64,000 nucleotides of DNA from Psammoneis japonica (lineage: Eukaryota): NCBI GenBank assembly GCA_008632985.1, contig QPGO01000042.1:186001-250000 (forward strand), written 5' to 3'. How positions within the stretch are numbered: position 1 is the first letter of the stretch; every line of letters starts with the position of its first letter. Below, in pieces: positions 50,616-64,000 of this stretch. The position numbers and the translations under genes are program-made. The notes beneath the pieces are model-generated. The model was not told the origin of the DNA and searched no databases. It saw nothing but the letters and a program-made list of their open reading frames with translations.

Positions 50616-50935
50616 AGTGGCATTTGGGAATGTGGCTGGGAAATCTTTGTTGAAGAGGGTTTAGACCAGGCATTCAATACACAAATTATATATTGTAAAG
50701 TAGGACGCTCTCCGAGAAACTGATGTGACAGCCTTTGTCCTCTGGTAGGAAACTGTATCCGCTGCGACGTTGTAGTACATTTTAAGATTTACTCTATTCG
50801 TTAGAGATTGCAGAGGACTACAATGAGTGGCTGTACGTGGCTGTTAGTTTGCTCTATTGAATTCATTATACAGTACTATCAAAATCATGACAGGAACAAG
50901 ATTCCCCGGTATCTACGATCCTTGCTAAGATCCAA

Positions 50936-51791
50936 CTAATAAACGTCCGGAGGGCGAGGAGGAAATCCCATGAAATCATGTCCAGCGGAATTGGCATTTT
51001 GGGCCTGGAAGTGATACTGGAGCGTAAGAACCATTTGCTCCAAACGCTTTATCTTGTCCTCGGCGTCAACCTTGAAACGTCTGGCGCCTTCAATCTCCGA
51101 CGCTGCCTGGTTCTGACGTTCCTGTTGAATCGTTACAGCCTTTTTCAATATTTTGTTTTCATTGACAGCCTTGTCATGAGCCGCTTGAACGTCACCCAGA
51201 GAACGCTCCAGCGATGCTTTCTCCCCCTTGAGGGATTCAATCTCCGCTGCTTGAGTGTCGACTACACGCTTCAGATCGTTTACCTCGTCATTTCCCTCTG
51301 TCGAATCGGGACGAGTACGTTTCAATGACGCAACTACGCAAAAGCATCAAAGTAAACAAAGACGGTTAGAATGAAAGAGACATCCATCCCTGCTTGCCCA
51401 GTCAAAACAAACACGAGCACACAACACACAACGTGGTCTCGAAAAATCTCCAATACCCGAATTATTCAATGTACAGACGTGAATAAACATAAATATGTGA
51501 TGTCATTGTGACGTGCACGGTGATTGTTCTCTTACCGGTGGAGGAATTGAAGGGAGCCCGTGCCATGGACGTCGTCGCCGCCAAGAACGGATGAGACGGC
51601 GGCTGTGAAGACGACGCTGCATCCATGTTCTCATTCGAATTGAATCGTCGTCGCTTGAACGTTTGTTGGCCGTATTCGAAATCGTCCGTCGTCGCGTCCA
51701 TCCCGTGAATCGGACTGTGACCCGGAGAGCATGCGAACGGGCGTTTCGTCCCCGCCTGACCAGGAAAAGGGAGAGGTGAGGCAACTTCCAT
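50936..51791 (-). CDS. Conserved coiled-coil protein ending PPDVY (intron 51334-51535)
   Basis: Spliced ORF MEVASP...KRRRF...ENKILKKAVTIQQERQ...LQYH...PPRPPDVY. Resembles the C-terminus of plant CUE-type proteins (from memory). Confidence 0.8.
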
Positions 51792-52148
51792 GGCTATTCT
51801 ATGAATCCGTGCAGAGCAATACGGTTCCAGAAGCGGGACAACGTCGCTTTGAACGCTCTGATTGCTGTCGTTGTTGTGATCGTGGCGAACTCGACAGGCG
51901 ATCGATTTTGCTGTTCCAACGTTGCGCACTTTCCCGTGAAGCAACTGTACGTTGCCACCCGTACTAATTCTACATAGACTCATTTCTATCTATCATACAG
52001 GATCGTATACTAATTCCTACGTACCACATCCTCTATTCATCTTACTGGATTCTACGTACGTTAAAAATGACGTCAATTCTCAGTATGTAATATTTCTGGC
52101 CCAACCGGGCAATAGACGCCGTCGACGTCGTCGACCAAGATTGATCTC

Positions 52149-52181
52149 TTCAATTCAATTCAATTCAATTCAATTCAATTG
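52149..52181. repeat. (TTCAA)n pentanucleotide repeat, about 6 units
   Basis: Directly visible. Confidence 0.9.
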
Positions 52182-52483
52182 TTGATAGCTACGTACTGTA
52201 CTCTACTCTCTAGAGAGAGTAGAGCTACTACTAGGGTCCTAGTGTAGAGAGTAGCGTATGCTACTAGCTCAATGATAGAGTAGAGTAGCTACATCTACTC
52301 TAGAGAGGCGAGGTTCCTATCGCCATGACGAAAACTTGGTGCCGCACTTGTTGGATCATGTTTTCAATCAACGCTACGCTGTTTTTCATGCGGAAAGTTT
52401 CAACACCGCCAGGAGATTTGTTAAAGTAAGAGAAAACAAGCTTCTAGAGTACGGTAGATATTTTTAAATTAAAATCTCCTGAG

Positions 52484-54575
52484 CTAGATGCTTATGTTGG
52501 CTACTTCCATGAGCGCGCCCCACAACCCTTCGCCAGACGACACATAATCATTATCAATGATAGCAACAAGGAAGTACGAGTCACGAATGTTCTCGATAAG
52601 TTCATAGCTGTCACTATCGATCTCGTATAGATTGAGCCACATTGTTGTCCACAGTGAAAATGCTTCCTCCACCCACACGAGAAAGGTGCTAGGATCAAAA
52701 ATTGTAGGCTGGAGGATCTCCCTATTTGGAAATACACCCCAGGTCAACGCAGTTACACCGCCTTCCTCTACTCCCACTCGCAATTCTTGCCCTGAATTGT
52801 TCACTGCGTACAAATTCATTGCCGGGTGATTGGAGACCATCGCGACCAATTTGTTAGCGTTCTCAGGACTGACAAAGCATTCGCAGTATGCCTTTTGGTA
52901 TACGTAGCCTCCCGGACCTCCCCAACCAAAGGTTTTGTGCGAGCTTGGAACACCATTTACCGGTGGCTGGCTGTTGATGGACAAAAACCCTTTCCGGTTT
53001 AACTCCGCGAGCTGGCGTTGGATGAGAAATGATTCTGGTTGGAGCGGTGTCTCGCACCAAGCTGCGAAAATACACATGGCGGCAAGATTCATAAAGTGAG
53101 ACAATCAAAAAAGAACATGATAAAACCGTAACAATCTGAAACTTACGAATATGTGGGACGTCGCCCTCCACGTACTGGGCGAAAACTTCGTATACATCTC
53201 GTTCTTTCTTTGGGTTGTGTCCAAGCATAGCACGGCGGTCGTCGTCGCTACCAAGAGTAAAGGAGTAGAAATGGGAAACTTCCGACAGCTCTCCAAATGC
53301 CGGCGACGTTGAATCACCCCATCTGCCATTAGGAAACTCGTCCCAATCTTCTGTCCGCATAACATATGACTTTGGTCGGTTCGCCCAATTTATAGGTCGT
53401 ACTTCTTCCTTTGACCGGGACTCCATGGTCGACGGTCTCCAAGGAAATGGTCGCTCCGACGATGACCGAACACGAACTGTACCCGTCACAGTAGGCGATG
53501 ATGAAAGCTTGTCAATGCTATCTTGCAGTTTAGATTCGGCTGCAGTTGTGGACGTTGAAGATTCGATCGCGGGAGAGGGAGTGATCAAATCTACGGCTCC
53601 TACATCCATCAGTATCCTTGTGACACTTCGTTCCAGGTTCAAAGTGTAGAAGTGAACACCGTCTACGCCACCATCCTCGGGATCCGCAGACAGGATTGTC
53701 CGGCACATGTCTGCTGCAATTTCACAGCCAATGTCTTTGACTGCCTCGTCATCGTCTTTCACAGGCTCCAAACGCTTCATCACTGCATCAGGAACCGATA
53801 TTCCGCAATACGTAGTCATTCGGACAAAACTAGAGAAGCTTTGGATAGGCATGATACCAGGTAAAATCGGACAGTCGATTCCATATTGTCTGCATTGCTT
53901 GACATAGTTCAGGAACACCTGAGCATCGTAGAAGAACTGTGTGATAATGAAGTCGGCCCCTGCGTCCATTTTTTCCTTTAGATGTTTCATTTCTTCTTCG
54001 ACACTGATTGACGACGGATGTCCCTCCGGATGTCCAGCAACAGCTATTCCAAAGTAGTCTCCATGAAGCTGTCGAATAAGTTTTACCAAATCAATTGCAC
54101 GATTACATTCTCCGCCGCTCGTGTCGTTTCGATTCCACGAGCGTTTCCCCCGGGGCGGGTCACCTCGCAGTGCGAGTATGTTGTGAACTCCACAAGACTT
54201 TGCCTGGCGTAGAGCATTTGCGATTTGTTCACGAGTCATACCCGTGCAAGTCAAATGCATCAATACGTCTACCCCGCAATACCTCTGGGCATGCGAAGCC
54301 ACCGCCAGCGTCCTTGCAGATGTAGATCCAGCGGAGCCCCACGTTATATCAATGAACATAGGTTCAAGTCGACGGGCCATGCGATCTATTCTTGTTAACA
54401 AATTGTCCAGACCGGCTTCTGTTTTTGGAGGGAAAAATTCAAACGAGTAGTACCAACCTGGCTTTAACTCCGATCCAAAACGTGAATCACCAGCATCCGC
54501 AGATAACGATTGCAGGCTACGATGATTCTCATTCTTCTTCCTACGTTTTTGAATTTTCTCGATGATGCGCGTCAT
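52484..54575 (-). CDS. MTHFR: Methylenetetrahydrofolate reductase, eukaryotic type with regulatory domain (intron 53062-53146)
   Basis: YSFEFFPPKT, HLTCT, NILALRGDPP, GADFIITQFFYD, HFYTLNLE, WDEFPNGRWGDSTSPAFG, INSQPPVNG, GWGGPGGYVYQKAY. Confidence 0.97.
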
Positions 54576-55159
54576 GGTTACAACAATATGTTCATCAGAG
54601 GAGGAAGCGTCGCATCTAAACTCTCGTAGTATAAATAGCAACAACAACTGTGGGCTTTGGCTCGAGGTGAATGAGAGCCGGTGTGTGGTGTGCCCGGTGT
54701 CATCGTGTGGTCGTTCGCGAAGTGAGTTGAAGCATGGTCTGACGTCATGACATCTCAGATATTTGCATCTTAAAATATCTGATGAAAATTAATGATGCAA
54801 CTGGCCGTTACTTGTATGTTTATCTTCAAAGACTTAGGAATGAAAATGAAAAGAGATATAAATGATGTATTCAGTCACATAATTTGTCCAACTTGCTCCA
54901 ACGACAAAAATTCAAACAAGAGAGGCAACACATCAAGGAGCTTTTGCCATTGCCGGAACTTTCAAAACTCAAAACACTCAAAACCACACAAAAGAAAGCT
55001 TCAAAGCTTGTTCAAAGACAACGAACAGGACCGGTCAAAGCCCGAATTTGTGGTTCATAGGCTGTTTCGACTTAAGGTACCGAGCCACTGCAACACCAAG
55101 TTAAATTGCGTCTGTTGTTCAGTGAGAAGTGAGGCACGACAAAGCATACCCTGTCAGCA

Positions 55160-58100
55160 ATGAGTCTTCGGAATCTTAGCGGATTCACCAACGGCCCTCC
55201 CAAGTTGGGTACTTCCGGAAAGCCCTTAGCAAAGGCTTGTGTACGTCTAGAGAAAGCTGGACACAGCGTTATATGCGAAAGCATGGCTATGGATGACGAG
55301 AACGAAGAAGAATCAGCTCGACAGTATCCAGACCAGTCTCGTCCAAAGGCGAATGAGGCGATTGCCGAGGAGACTCCTACTCCTGACGAAGCTTCGGAGG
55401 AGGAGGAGTTGAGGAAAACGAAGGGCCTCCTCGCACGCGCTCGTGATATTGTAGCCAAGTCCCGGAGAGGCGAACTATCAGCTACTGAAGGTGTAGAGCA
55501 GTTGTGGGAGCTCTTAGGAGTATGTCCTGATACGAATGAAAGCACCGCAGAAGACGATATCGTTCCTTTCAGGACCTCTTTCACCGGGACCCCTTGTGCC
55601 GAACAAGAGCAAGATACAAGCACGCTTTTTGCAGCAAAGAAGAAGGAGAAATTTGAGAATTTTGATATCACAAGTCCTGAAGATTCGCCCGAGAAACCGG
55701 CTCAGAGCAGGAAGACGTCTCAAAGGAGACGTACATTTGCGTTTCATGGAGGAGAAAACCTCCTTGCCAGGAGAGATTCTGCGTCTCCAAAGTTCTCTCT
55801 GGCTTCCTCGCCTACCGATGAAAGTTACGAACTATCGAGTCATTCAAGCTCGGAGTCGCCCAATTGTACAAACTCAAGGTCTGTCGAGGACGTCGATAGT
55901 AACCCGAAAGGAGCGTCAGATGACGAACTCGAAGATATTGGTGAAAACAAGCACCCAGATGAAAGTGCTACCTCACTTCATCTGTCCCACAATGAGGAAA
56001 CAGATGAAGTCGGCGAGTTGAAAGCTGCACAATCCCAGTCGGAGGTTGCAATCGATCCCGAAAACAATGATAAACGGATTGTTTACAGCAGCGATCGCAG
56101 TGTCGTAAATTCGGCTCGTCGACCGCCTCGATCGAGACGGCGTACAATGGCTGTTGTAAAGGGAAACTTGCTGCTACGTGATTCCACTCCCTCCTCTTCA
56201 ACCTCGAAGACACCTCCATCCCAAGGTTCATCGTCGGCAAACGCCTCTGCAGAAAGTACTCCGCAAAACAACAACGCTTCCACCTCTATCCACCCTCAAC
56301 GGCAGCTACGTCAAACTCCCCAACGCAAAGCAGCCACATTGTCAGAAATGAAGAGAGACACCGACAGAAAATCTCAACAAGGAGAAACTGCGGCAGCGAC
56401 GTCATCAAAGTCACAGCCAGTTCGGCGTTCGCGACGCGTAAGTGTCCTACCAGAAAAGTTCAGCGAGAAAGAAGTAGTGTTGGGATACAAACCGAGGGCA
56501 ATCCCGCCCGAGCAAACTCGCGGAAAGGTTGTTTTGTCTACCTACCGTCTTCCTAAAGAAAGTGTGGATTCAAGACAAGTAACTCTGACTCCAAACCTTG
56601 ACGGCAAGTCAGATATTGTTCCTAGCCCGTCAGAACCTGCACTCACAGCAATGCCTGAATCTGCGGACAGTGACGCGGCCGGTTCAATTGATAGCAAAGT
56701 CGCATTCAAAGATGAAAGAACTTCACATTTTTTTTGCAGACCAAACAAGCTTGTCGTACAGCAAGAGAAGCCTTCAAAGTTGAAATCTGCACCAACCGAC
56801 ACCCCACCAGTCGCGTCTGCAGAAAAAGTCGATACAAGATTGCACGTCATAGAGTCGACTCAGCATACAAACCCCCGAAACCGAAAAAAGAGGCGCAGTA
56901 GCGTAGGTTTGCACATATCAGGAGGTCTGTTAACACCTCAAGAAGTCGAGCGAGTCATGCAGGAGTCAAGGAAACGGAGTCGTCGTCATCCGCGGGGAGT
57001 GCAGAATGCGACACCCGCGCAGCCAGTATCCCACAGCAGTGAAGCCAAGCCTTCTATTACGTCTTGTACTTCTGAAAGCAACGTTTCAGAATACGAGGGG
57101 AAGATGCCTTCTCTAAAGGAAGACACCTCGGTTGAGAATGCCGTAGGGACCTTGGATACAACACACGGCCTTGATACAACCAGAATGACCAAAAATCTTG
57201 ACTCAGTGAACGAGGACGAAACGAAAATGGATAATTTGCCGGTCACTGACCAGGGACATACACCGATGTGTTTTGAAACAGCCGTATCGGAAGATTCCAG
57301 GCAGAATTCGAACACATCGAAACCACCAGACGTTGCACCGGAGACCAGAGAAGAGTTGGTAGGAAAGTCGATCCATGTATCCGACGTTGGTGATCGGATC
57401 CGTTTACTTTTCCACGGAGACGACGCAATCAACGTGGTGAGCCATTTGTAGTCGTCTATCTTTTTTACGTTGTTCGATTAAAAGCATGATCTAACAAAAT
57501 TTGCCCTCTTCCGTTGCGATACTACAGCCTTGCGTTTCGTCTCGGCTCTTTGCTTGTTTCACACTTGTTTCTGAGCATTCACTAATACCTGGGAATGAGA
57601 ACAGACGTACTCGACGGAACATGTTTTCAGAGCAATCGCAACCGCTGTTGCTTATCCTACAACTCATGGTCCGTGCTGAGATGGCTTCCTTACATACCGC
57701 GTCTGAGGGTTATGGCCTGGAGACACACCTGAAGACAGTTCAATTCTGTAATATTGGTTGTTCTTCTACAGCCCCTCCTGTGGACTCTGTACCAGGATCC
57801 CATGCTGCCTTGGAGGCAGATATTGAGAATCTGCACAGTATTCTTCGGATTATTCATGATATGTGTCTGAAATGTCACACCGGAAACAACTCCACGAAAT
57901 ACGCGAAGGATATCAAGGGATGCTTTGAAGCCCTTATTCGATTCCTCAAGGAACGCGAAGAACGTTCGGGGGATATGATTCGGGAGGTGTGCTCAAAGGT
58001 GAGACCGTCTCTGACATGCTTTGTTGACAACCGAGTTACCTATGTCTCGTATTTCTCATGCACATCGTTGCGTTCTCTCTCAGTCAATGCCTTGCGAGTG

Positions 58101-59111
58101 GGAGGAGCAACGTTTCAGAAAGGCAGCATCCGCTTACCGAAGAGATTTTGAGATCATTGTCTCCGCACTGGAAGGCGAGTACGCTTCTGGTATCACCCAT
58201 CTTAACCTGGGCATTGAAGAACGTCTCGCGGACTATTTGGGTCGGGCAATTCGGTTCTACCTGCGACGGTTCTTTAACCCCGTTCCGTTGGCGCTGACTA
58301 CTAACCAGCCAGTCGACTCGTCCGTTCGCTCACGTATTCATGCAATGGTAGAGATATCAGATGACGGCGGTAGCCAGAATACTGCGGTGGCTGATGGATC
58401 AATCTCTTCGGTGTTCAGCATAGCCCTGCGCCGAATATACAATCGGTTTGGTGCGCTGTTTTTCCTATCTGGAAATGCCAACACGGAGGTGGCTACGACG
58501 TTCTTTTCTAGTGAAGTGTCTAAACGAGGGTTAGGGAACAAGAAGGCTTCACTCAAGATCAGCGATGAGGACCTGGTGCAAGTTTTGTCGGAAATCAACG
58601 ATGCTGTCTCATTTCTTGGTTTCACAAAAGCGTGTAAGTTTTTGCGTGACCTCTTGAATTGGCCCGGGGTAAGGGAAGAGTTGGCTGCAATGGGCGGATG
58701 GGATCAAGTACAGAAGTATGCAGCTATGATTTCGGACCTGGATTTGGAAAAAGCTTATCCAGATGACGCATACTTTGTCCTACTGCGGGATGTAGACCTT
58801 TTCACAAGACGAGCGGAACTCTTTTGGAATGAACTGGAACCGGCGACTTCAATTTGTGAGAAAGAACTAGGTCGTATGTGGAAGAGGTTTCGTTGCGGTA
58901 AGTGTATGGAAGGCTTGTATTCTATAACATGTACTGTCTTTTTCACTCAACATCTGAAAAACTATTGCTTCCATAATTTGTCCCTTACGCAGGTACCAAG
59001 AGCTCCTCGGTGCTAGCTAGAAATCCACACATCAAGGTCATTGCTGCGGCTCTTCGGGAGGCTAAAGAGAATTACGCTCTCCCTTCTCTTTCGGATAGCA
59101 GTGGTGCTTAA
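55160..59111 (+). CDS. Large hypothetical protein (introns 57437-57527, 57999-58083, 58898-58992)
   Basis: A long S/T/E-rich ORF and three downstream exons are joined in frame by GT-AG introns. Confidence 0.8.
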
Positions 59112-59826
59112 TAAGCTCCTGAGACACAATACGGTAGAGTTAGTGTGCGTCATTGCTCCAGCCATTGTTCCTTTTAGTGAGGATCTTCTAGCTTTTATAC
59201 CGTTATTTTGGCGTTTTGTCACGACTGCCTTTTCATTTCCGGGTGATTTTGGGAAATCTTGTACTTAGTTTTCATGTATTATTCTACATACGTTCTTTCA
59301 TATGGTATTCTACCGTACGAAACATCCCGCTGATAACCTGCACTTTCAGGATGCACCGCACAGAAACGCAACACTGCAAGGGCAGGAAAGAAGCCCACCA
59401 TCATACGTACCTGTTCAATTTACATCCTTTGTCGGCCTGACCAAATTGTTCCTGTCCTCTGAAGACTAGAAGCTTTACAAATACGAATAGATCGTCCTAC
59501 AATTTTTTTGTTTGGAAGGAAACAGAACGCGTAAACGTAGGGCATCTGAATACCTTGGCGTGTAACCGGTTACGCTCGGTATCTTTCATCGGCGCTTCGC
59601 TGCACCGCATTGTCGAGTCTTGGAAAGCACCTCGACCTCGCCGTTTTCAGTTAAAACGCTCATTCCAGACTATTCAGAAGCCTTTATACCTTAACTACAC
59701 CTCAACATACACCACGGGGAGGAGTCGCTGTACATCAGGAATCGGGATTGGCGATTTTGAATTTCTGTTTCTTTCCCATTCGCCTCTCGTTCAATTTATT
59801 TTCGCAGCGGATAGAGATTTTCGACA

Positions 59827-61254
59827 ATGCAGGAACTTATGCATGAACCGGGACCGCATTCCAGACATCTGTTCGAAGAGGTTGAGGCCGCCGGTGAAGC
59901 AACTCGTCCGCTCGACTTTCCCTCACCAGAAGTGGCTAGAGGCGTTCGAGTAACCGCCTTTGTCGTACATCCTCGGTCAGGCAAGCGACAGGTTTGTCAA
60001 GGGGTGATTCATCGGGAGGACTTGGCTACTGACGAAGGAGAAAGCGAAGCATTAGCCTATTGGCCGCAGCGGCGATTGCAAGATGCCATTTATGGGAGTG
60101 TGTGGGCGTGTCTTGTTTTTAAGAGGCACCACGGTAAAGCCGCACTGGATGCTGCTCATGCCGCGGGCGTTGAGCCTGGCGATCCCAGTGCCCCGAATGT
60201 ATGGGAGATAACGTCAGAACATGTGGCCATCAAAATGGTAGAGTGGGCGAAGGTATATCACCACAGAGGAAGACTGCTAGAGGATCCCGTCAAGGAAGTT
60301 GCAGCAATGCAGTTGCTGGGAACATCGAGTCCCCATGTTCTAGGAAGCACTGAAGTTCTTCAAGATACTGACTTTTTATATTCCATCATGCCTTTTTGTC
60401 GAGGTGGCGACCTATTTGGGCATGTTGTGGAATACGCCGAGCAATCTGGTGGAGAATGCGGCATGCCAGAGCCGGTGGCAAGATATTGGTTTCGACAGAT
60501 TCTTTGGGTAAGTCGCCGCTGGTTGACGTGTCGTTGGTAGCACGATCCTTCATTTTTGACCTCTTGGCTAATATATATTCTCTCTATCAATTCCTTGCAG
60601 GGTCTCCACCATCTTCAAGAGCGTGGTGTTTGCCATCGAGATTTGTCACTTGAGAATGTTCTAGTCGACGAAGAGAATTGCCTAGTAATTGACATGGGAA
60701 TGTGTCTGCGCGTGCCATACAATGACACGAGAAAGGACGGAGCAATTACTGATGTCACCAATGGTAGTATACGCCGACTAATGACGCCACAGGGAGTTTG
60801 CGGCAAGCACAACTACATGTCGCCGGAAGTTTTCGCAAACACCGACAACTTTGACGGGTTTGCCATTGATCTCTGGGCTGGTGAGTAGAGAACACGATGT
60901 ACGCGAATACCAGTAAGATACCGCCATCCTCTTTCTCACATACTTCGTGTTTCCGTGAAATGATAAATCACAGCTGGAGTCATTCTTTACATTATGCTTA
61001 CTGGTTTCCCCCCGTATGACCAGGCAAGCACAACCGACCAGCGGTTTGAGCTCATTGTAACTGGACGGCTCATGGAGCAACTCCGAAATTGGGATATCTT
61101 CTTGAGCGAGTCCTCTGGAGATTTGATGCAGAAAATGTTGAGACTGGACCCAAGAGAGAGATTGACGCTAGGACAGGTAATGTCTCATCCTTGGGTGAGA
61201 GACGGCCCTGTTGAACCCCCGCCGCCAAGTGAGCCCTCTCCCTTTCAACATTGA
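59827..61254 (+). CDS. Ser/Thr protein kinase, CAMK-like (introns 60508-60600, 60881-60973)
   Basis: VAIK, HRDLSLEN, DMG, GKHNYMSPE, DLWAAGVILYIMLTGFPPY. Confidence 0.93.
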
Positions 61255-62834
61255 GCCCCCCCCCTTTCAAGATCGGACACGACGTGCCAAAGGATTTACA
61301 GGGAAATTGCTTCTTGGAGTCATACCGGTAGTTGTGCATGTGGATATTCAGTCGCGATCGAGCATCATCAATACGAGCGTTCCGTTTCGCTGTTTATGGA
61401 AACGAAAATGCGTGGCAGTGGATGCTAGCTCCAGTGTCCCAAATCTTTGTACCGAATTTAAAGTTCCACGATAACTTTTCTAGAAGGCATAATAGACTAG
61501 AATCATACATAGCATTCAGTAAACAACGTCGCGTCCAGTTCCGCTTGCTTCACAGCACATTTGACATTTTCTGAGCTATGTATAGGAGGTTGAGGAGTCT
61601 CTACTAGATGTATTTGTGTAGCAACAGCATGATAAGTCTCTGCACAAAAAGATCTAAGTACTCTCCACTGTTGGGGACTTGTTTTCGTTTCGCTTATCTA
61701 CTAGTACTCTTCGCGCCGCCGGGAAACGCTTTCAACATGCGACACATTCCGAGAGTCAAACACTCTCTTTAGAATCTGTGTGCGCGATCTTGTGCAGCTT
61801 GCTGAGCATCTCCCCATACAGCGGTCGCGTAAACAATGACAGCAGCGCTTAACCAGTAAGCTCCTGACTCAGTGAACTTATCGTAACCCTGTTGATCCGA
61901 TAAAGAAACAATGAGCAATGCGATTACGAGAAAAGGCAAGAGAATGAAGAAACGGCAAGTAGAAGTACCCGTCTCTTACCTTTTGCGGAAACGTTCGCAG
62001 CCACGGCACAATGGCCTGTTGTTCATATGGAGAAAGGTGACGAGTAACCTAGAAACGACAAGGAAAACATTGACGTTTGTTAGAGGAGGAGTCGAAGTCA
62101 AAACGGTACAGGGAGACCTCAAATTCGGCCAGTACCAGCAGACACGTAGAAAAGAACGCGCGGAGGACTCGGTGCCGTGCTGTCTCTTACCATTCCGTTA
62201 TCACCTCTGACATGCTTCCACCACTTCACCATATGGGGGGAGACATCATAACGTGCCATTACGACACGGGAACGGGAAAACGCGGAAGGGACCATTGTCA
62301 AGAGCGTATCGAACACAACATCCAAAAATATTGAGTATTGCTTCGCTTTTCGTCATGACGCGATGCTCATCGAAGGAAGGTCGGATCAAGGCGGATGACC
62401 AGCAGACGTTAGCGAGCATCATTGATCGATTACTTCGACCAATCCATCTTCACAGGTACGTACAGTAATAACATATTAAAACATAAAGCAACCGTTCATT
62501 TAACGACTTCTCATTATTTGATATTCAAATGTTAGAATGCAATATAAAGTGCATATATATTGATTTATGTTGGCTGTTTGAAAATCGAATCATTATTCTT
62601 AAAGTCTAAGAAAAACATACGAATGACATCCTTCGTTGACACATGTATTGAAAACCGAAAAGCGTTGAGTTCTTCGACGCGATTCACATGCATCGGGTCA
62701 AAACTTCGCGGGTCGCGGGCAACAACATGGACGTTGAACGACGGGATTGCTGAAGTAGCTTTGCCCCGTCTTGCCCGGTCTTACATTCAAACAGCAGAGT
62801 GACAGGTATCGAGATAGAAACGAAGATAAGAATA

Positions 62835-64000
62835 ATGGTGATTGCCTGGGAAGAGCAGGTTGCATCAAACTGTCAGACTGGATTTCATGCCGCTCTTTCC
62901 TACGACAACGTGGTCGCGGCGGGACCGCCAGCACGTCCTCTCGACTTCATAACGCCGACGGTGTCGAGAGCAGTGATAGTTTCAGTTCCTGTATACGATC
63001 ATCGCTCGGGTCTACTTCATAATTCCAAAAACGTGCTCATGAGAGTTGGGCGGTCTCGGGGCGGTGCTTTCATACCTCCGGATCGTGCCTTTTTGGTGCG
63101 AAAGCAGGTCGCTCGATCTATCTACGGCGTTGTGTATCAGTGTGTAGTACTGAAGAGAAGAGCTCGGACTCCTACAGAAGAGGGACGGCAAGAGAAAACT
63201 AGAATCCATCGAGCAAGTCGTTTTGACGCACCGATACGAGATGAGGACGTCGAGTGGGAATCAACAGAACAATTGGTAGCTGCAAAGGTGCGCACAGAGA
63301 ATCTTTCACGCGTCACAGCTTTTTCTTTGTTCGCTTTGTTTTCAATGATATCCTGGTGTCTCATCACTCTCATGTGTTTGCACTATTAGGTATCAAAGTG
63401 GTCCAAGATACGACATTTGCGGGGACAGCACCTGGAAGATCCAATCAAAGAGATCGCGGCATTGCAACTGGTAGGCGATTATCATCCCAACATCAGTGGC
63501 TCTATCGAAGCACTCCAAGACGAGGCGAATCTTTATGCGATACTACCCTACTGCTCGGGGGGTGATTTGTATGGCAGAATCTTTGGCACTACAGATCGAA
63601 AGAAGTCGCGGTCAGATCGCACATGCACGACATCCGGGACCGATCGAACTCTGGAACCGGGTAATCGAATAGACGAGGATCGTGCCCGCATTTGGTTTAG
63701 GCAACTGCTTCAAGTAAGAATCAATCAAGGCATATTCTCATTCGTTTTATTGCTTGAAATCGCTCTCGTTCTTAACTCTTTTTTTCCTTTTTCATCGTCG
63801 GATTCTTGGTCAGGGCCTATTTCACCTTCAGAAGAAGGGGGTTTGTCACCGGGACCTTTCGCTTGAAAACATTGTTGTAGACGATAACGACCGATTGAAA
63901 ATCATTGATTTCGGCATGAGCTTGAGAGTTCCATACACAGATTTGAGTAACGTGGGGTGCGTAACAGATGTATCGGCAGGCACTGTGCGGAGGCTTATGG
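62835..64000 (+). CDS. Paralogous Ser/Thr kinase, runs off the window (introns 63288-63389, 63714-63813)
   Basis: VAAK, EDPIKEIAALQ, HRDLSLEN, DFG. Collinear with the upstream kinase. Confidence 0.92.

Overview
Eukaryotic nuclear DNA with short GT-AG introns, most likely from a pennate diatom (inferred from gene content and CoDi/GyDi-like retroelements). Two compact gene-rich flanks (1-14.4 kb and 44.5-64 kb) encode eIF4E, ELP6-like, an MFS transporter, an ABHD17-like hydrolase, a DnaJ protein, a histone-fold protein, a UBE2G-like E2, eIF5, MTHFR and two tandem Ser/Thr kinases. Between them lies a ~30 kb block of decayed transposons (two Copia, two Gypsy, one piggyBac-like, unclassified remnants). 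The most striking signal is in this block: both CpG and TpA are largely erased and TpG/CpA dominate. Conserved Tyr codons of the element enzymes now read His or Cys, and paired copies (a 1-kb tandem duplication, an LTR pair) differ largely by CG/TA vs TG/CA and TG<->CA swaps. This suggests a repeat-targeted TpA->TpG/CpA (A:T->G:C) hypermutation process acting on top of ordinary 5mC decay, the opposite direction to fungal RIP. An unmutated ~2 kb island with a palindrome-rich tandem array sits inside the block. All calls were made by eye, with no database search or computed statistics.
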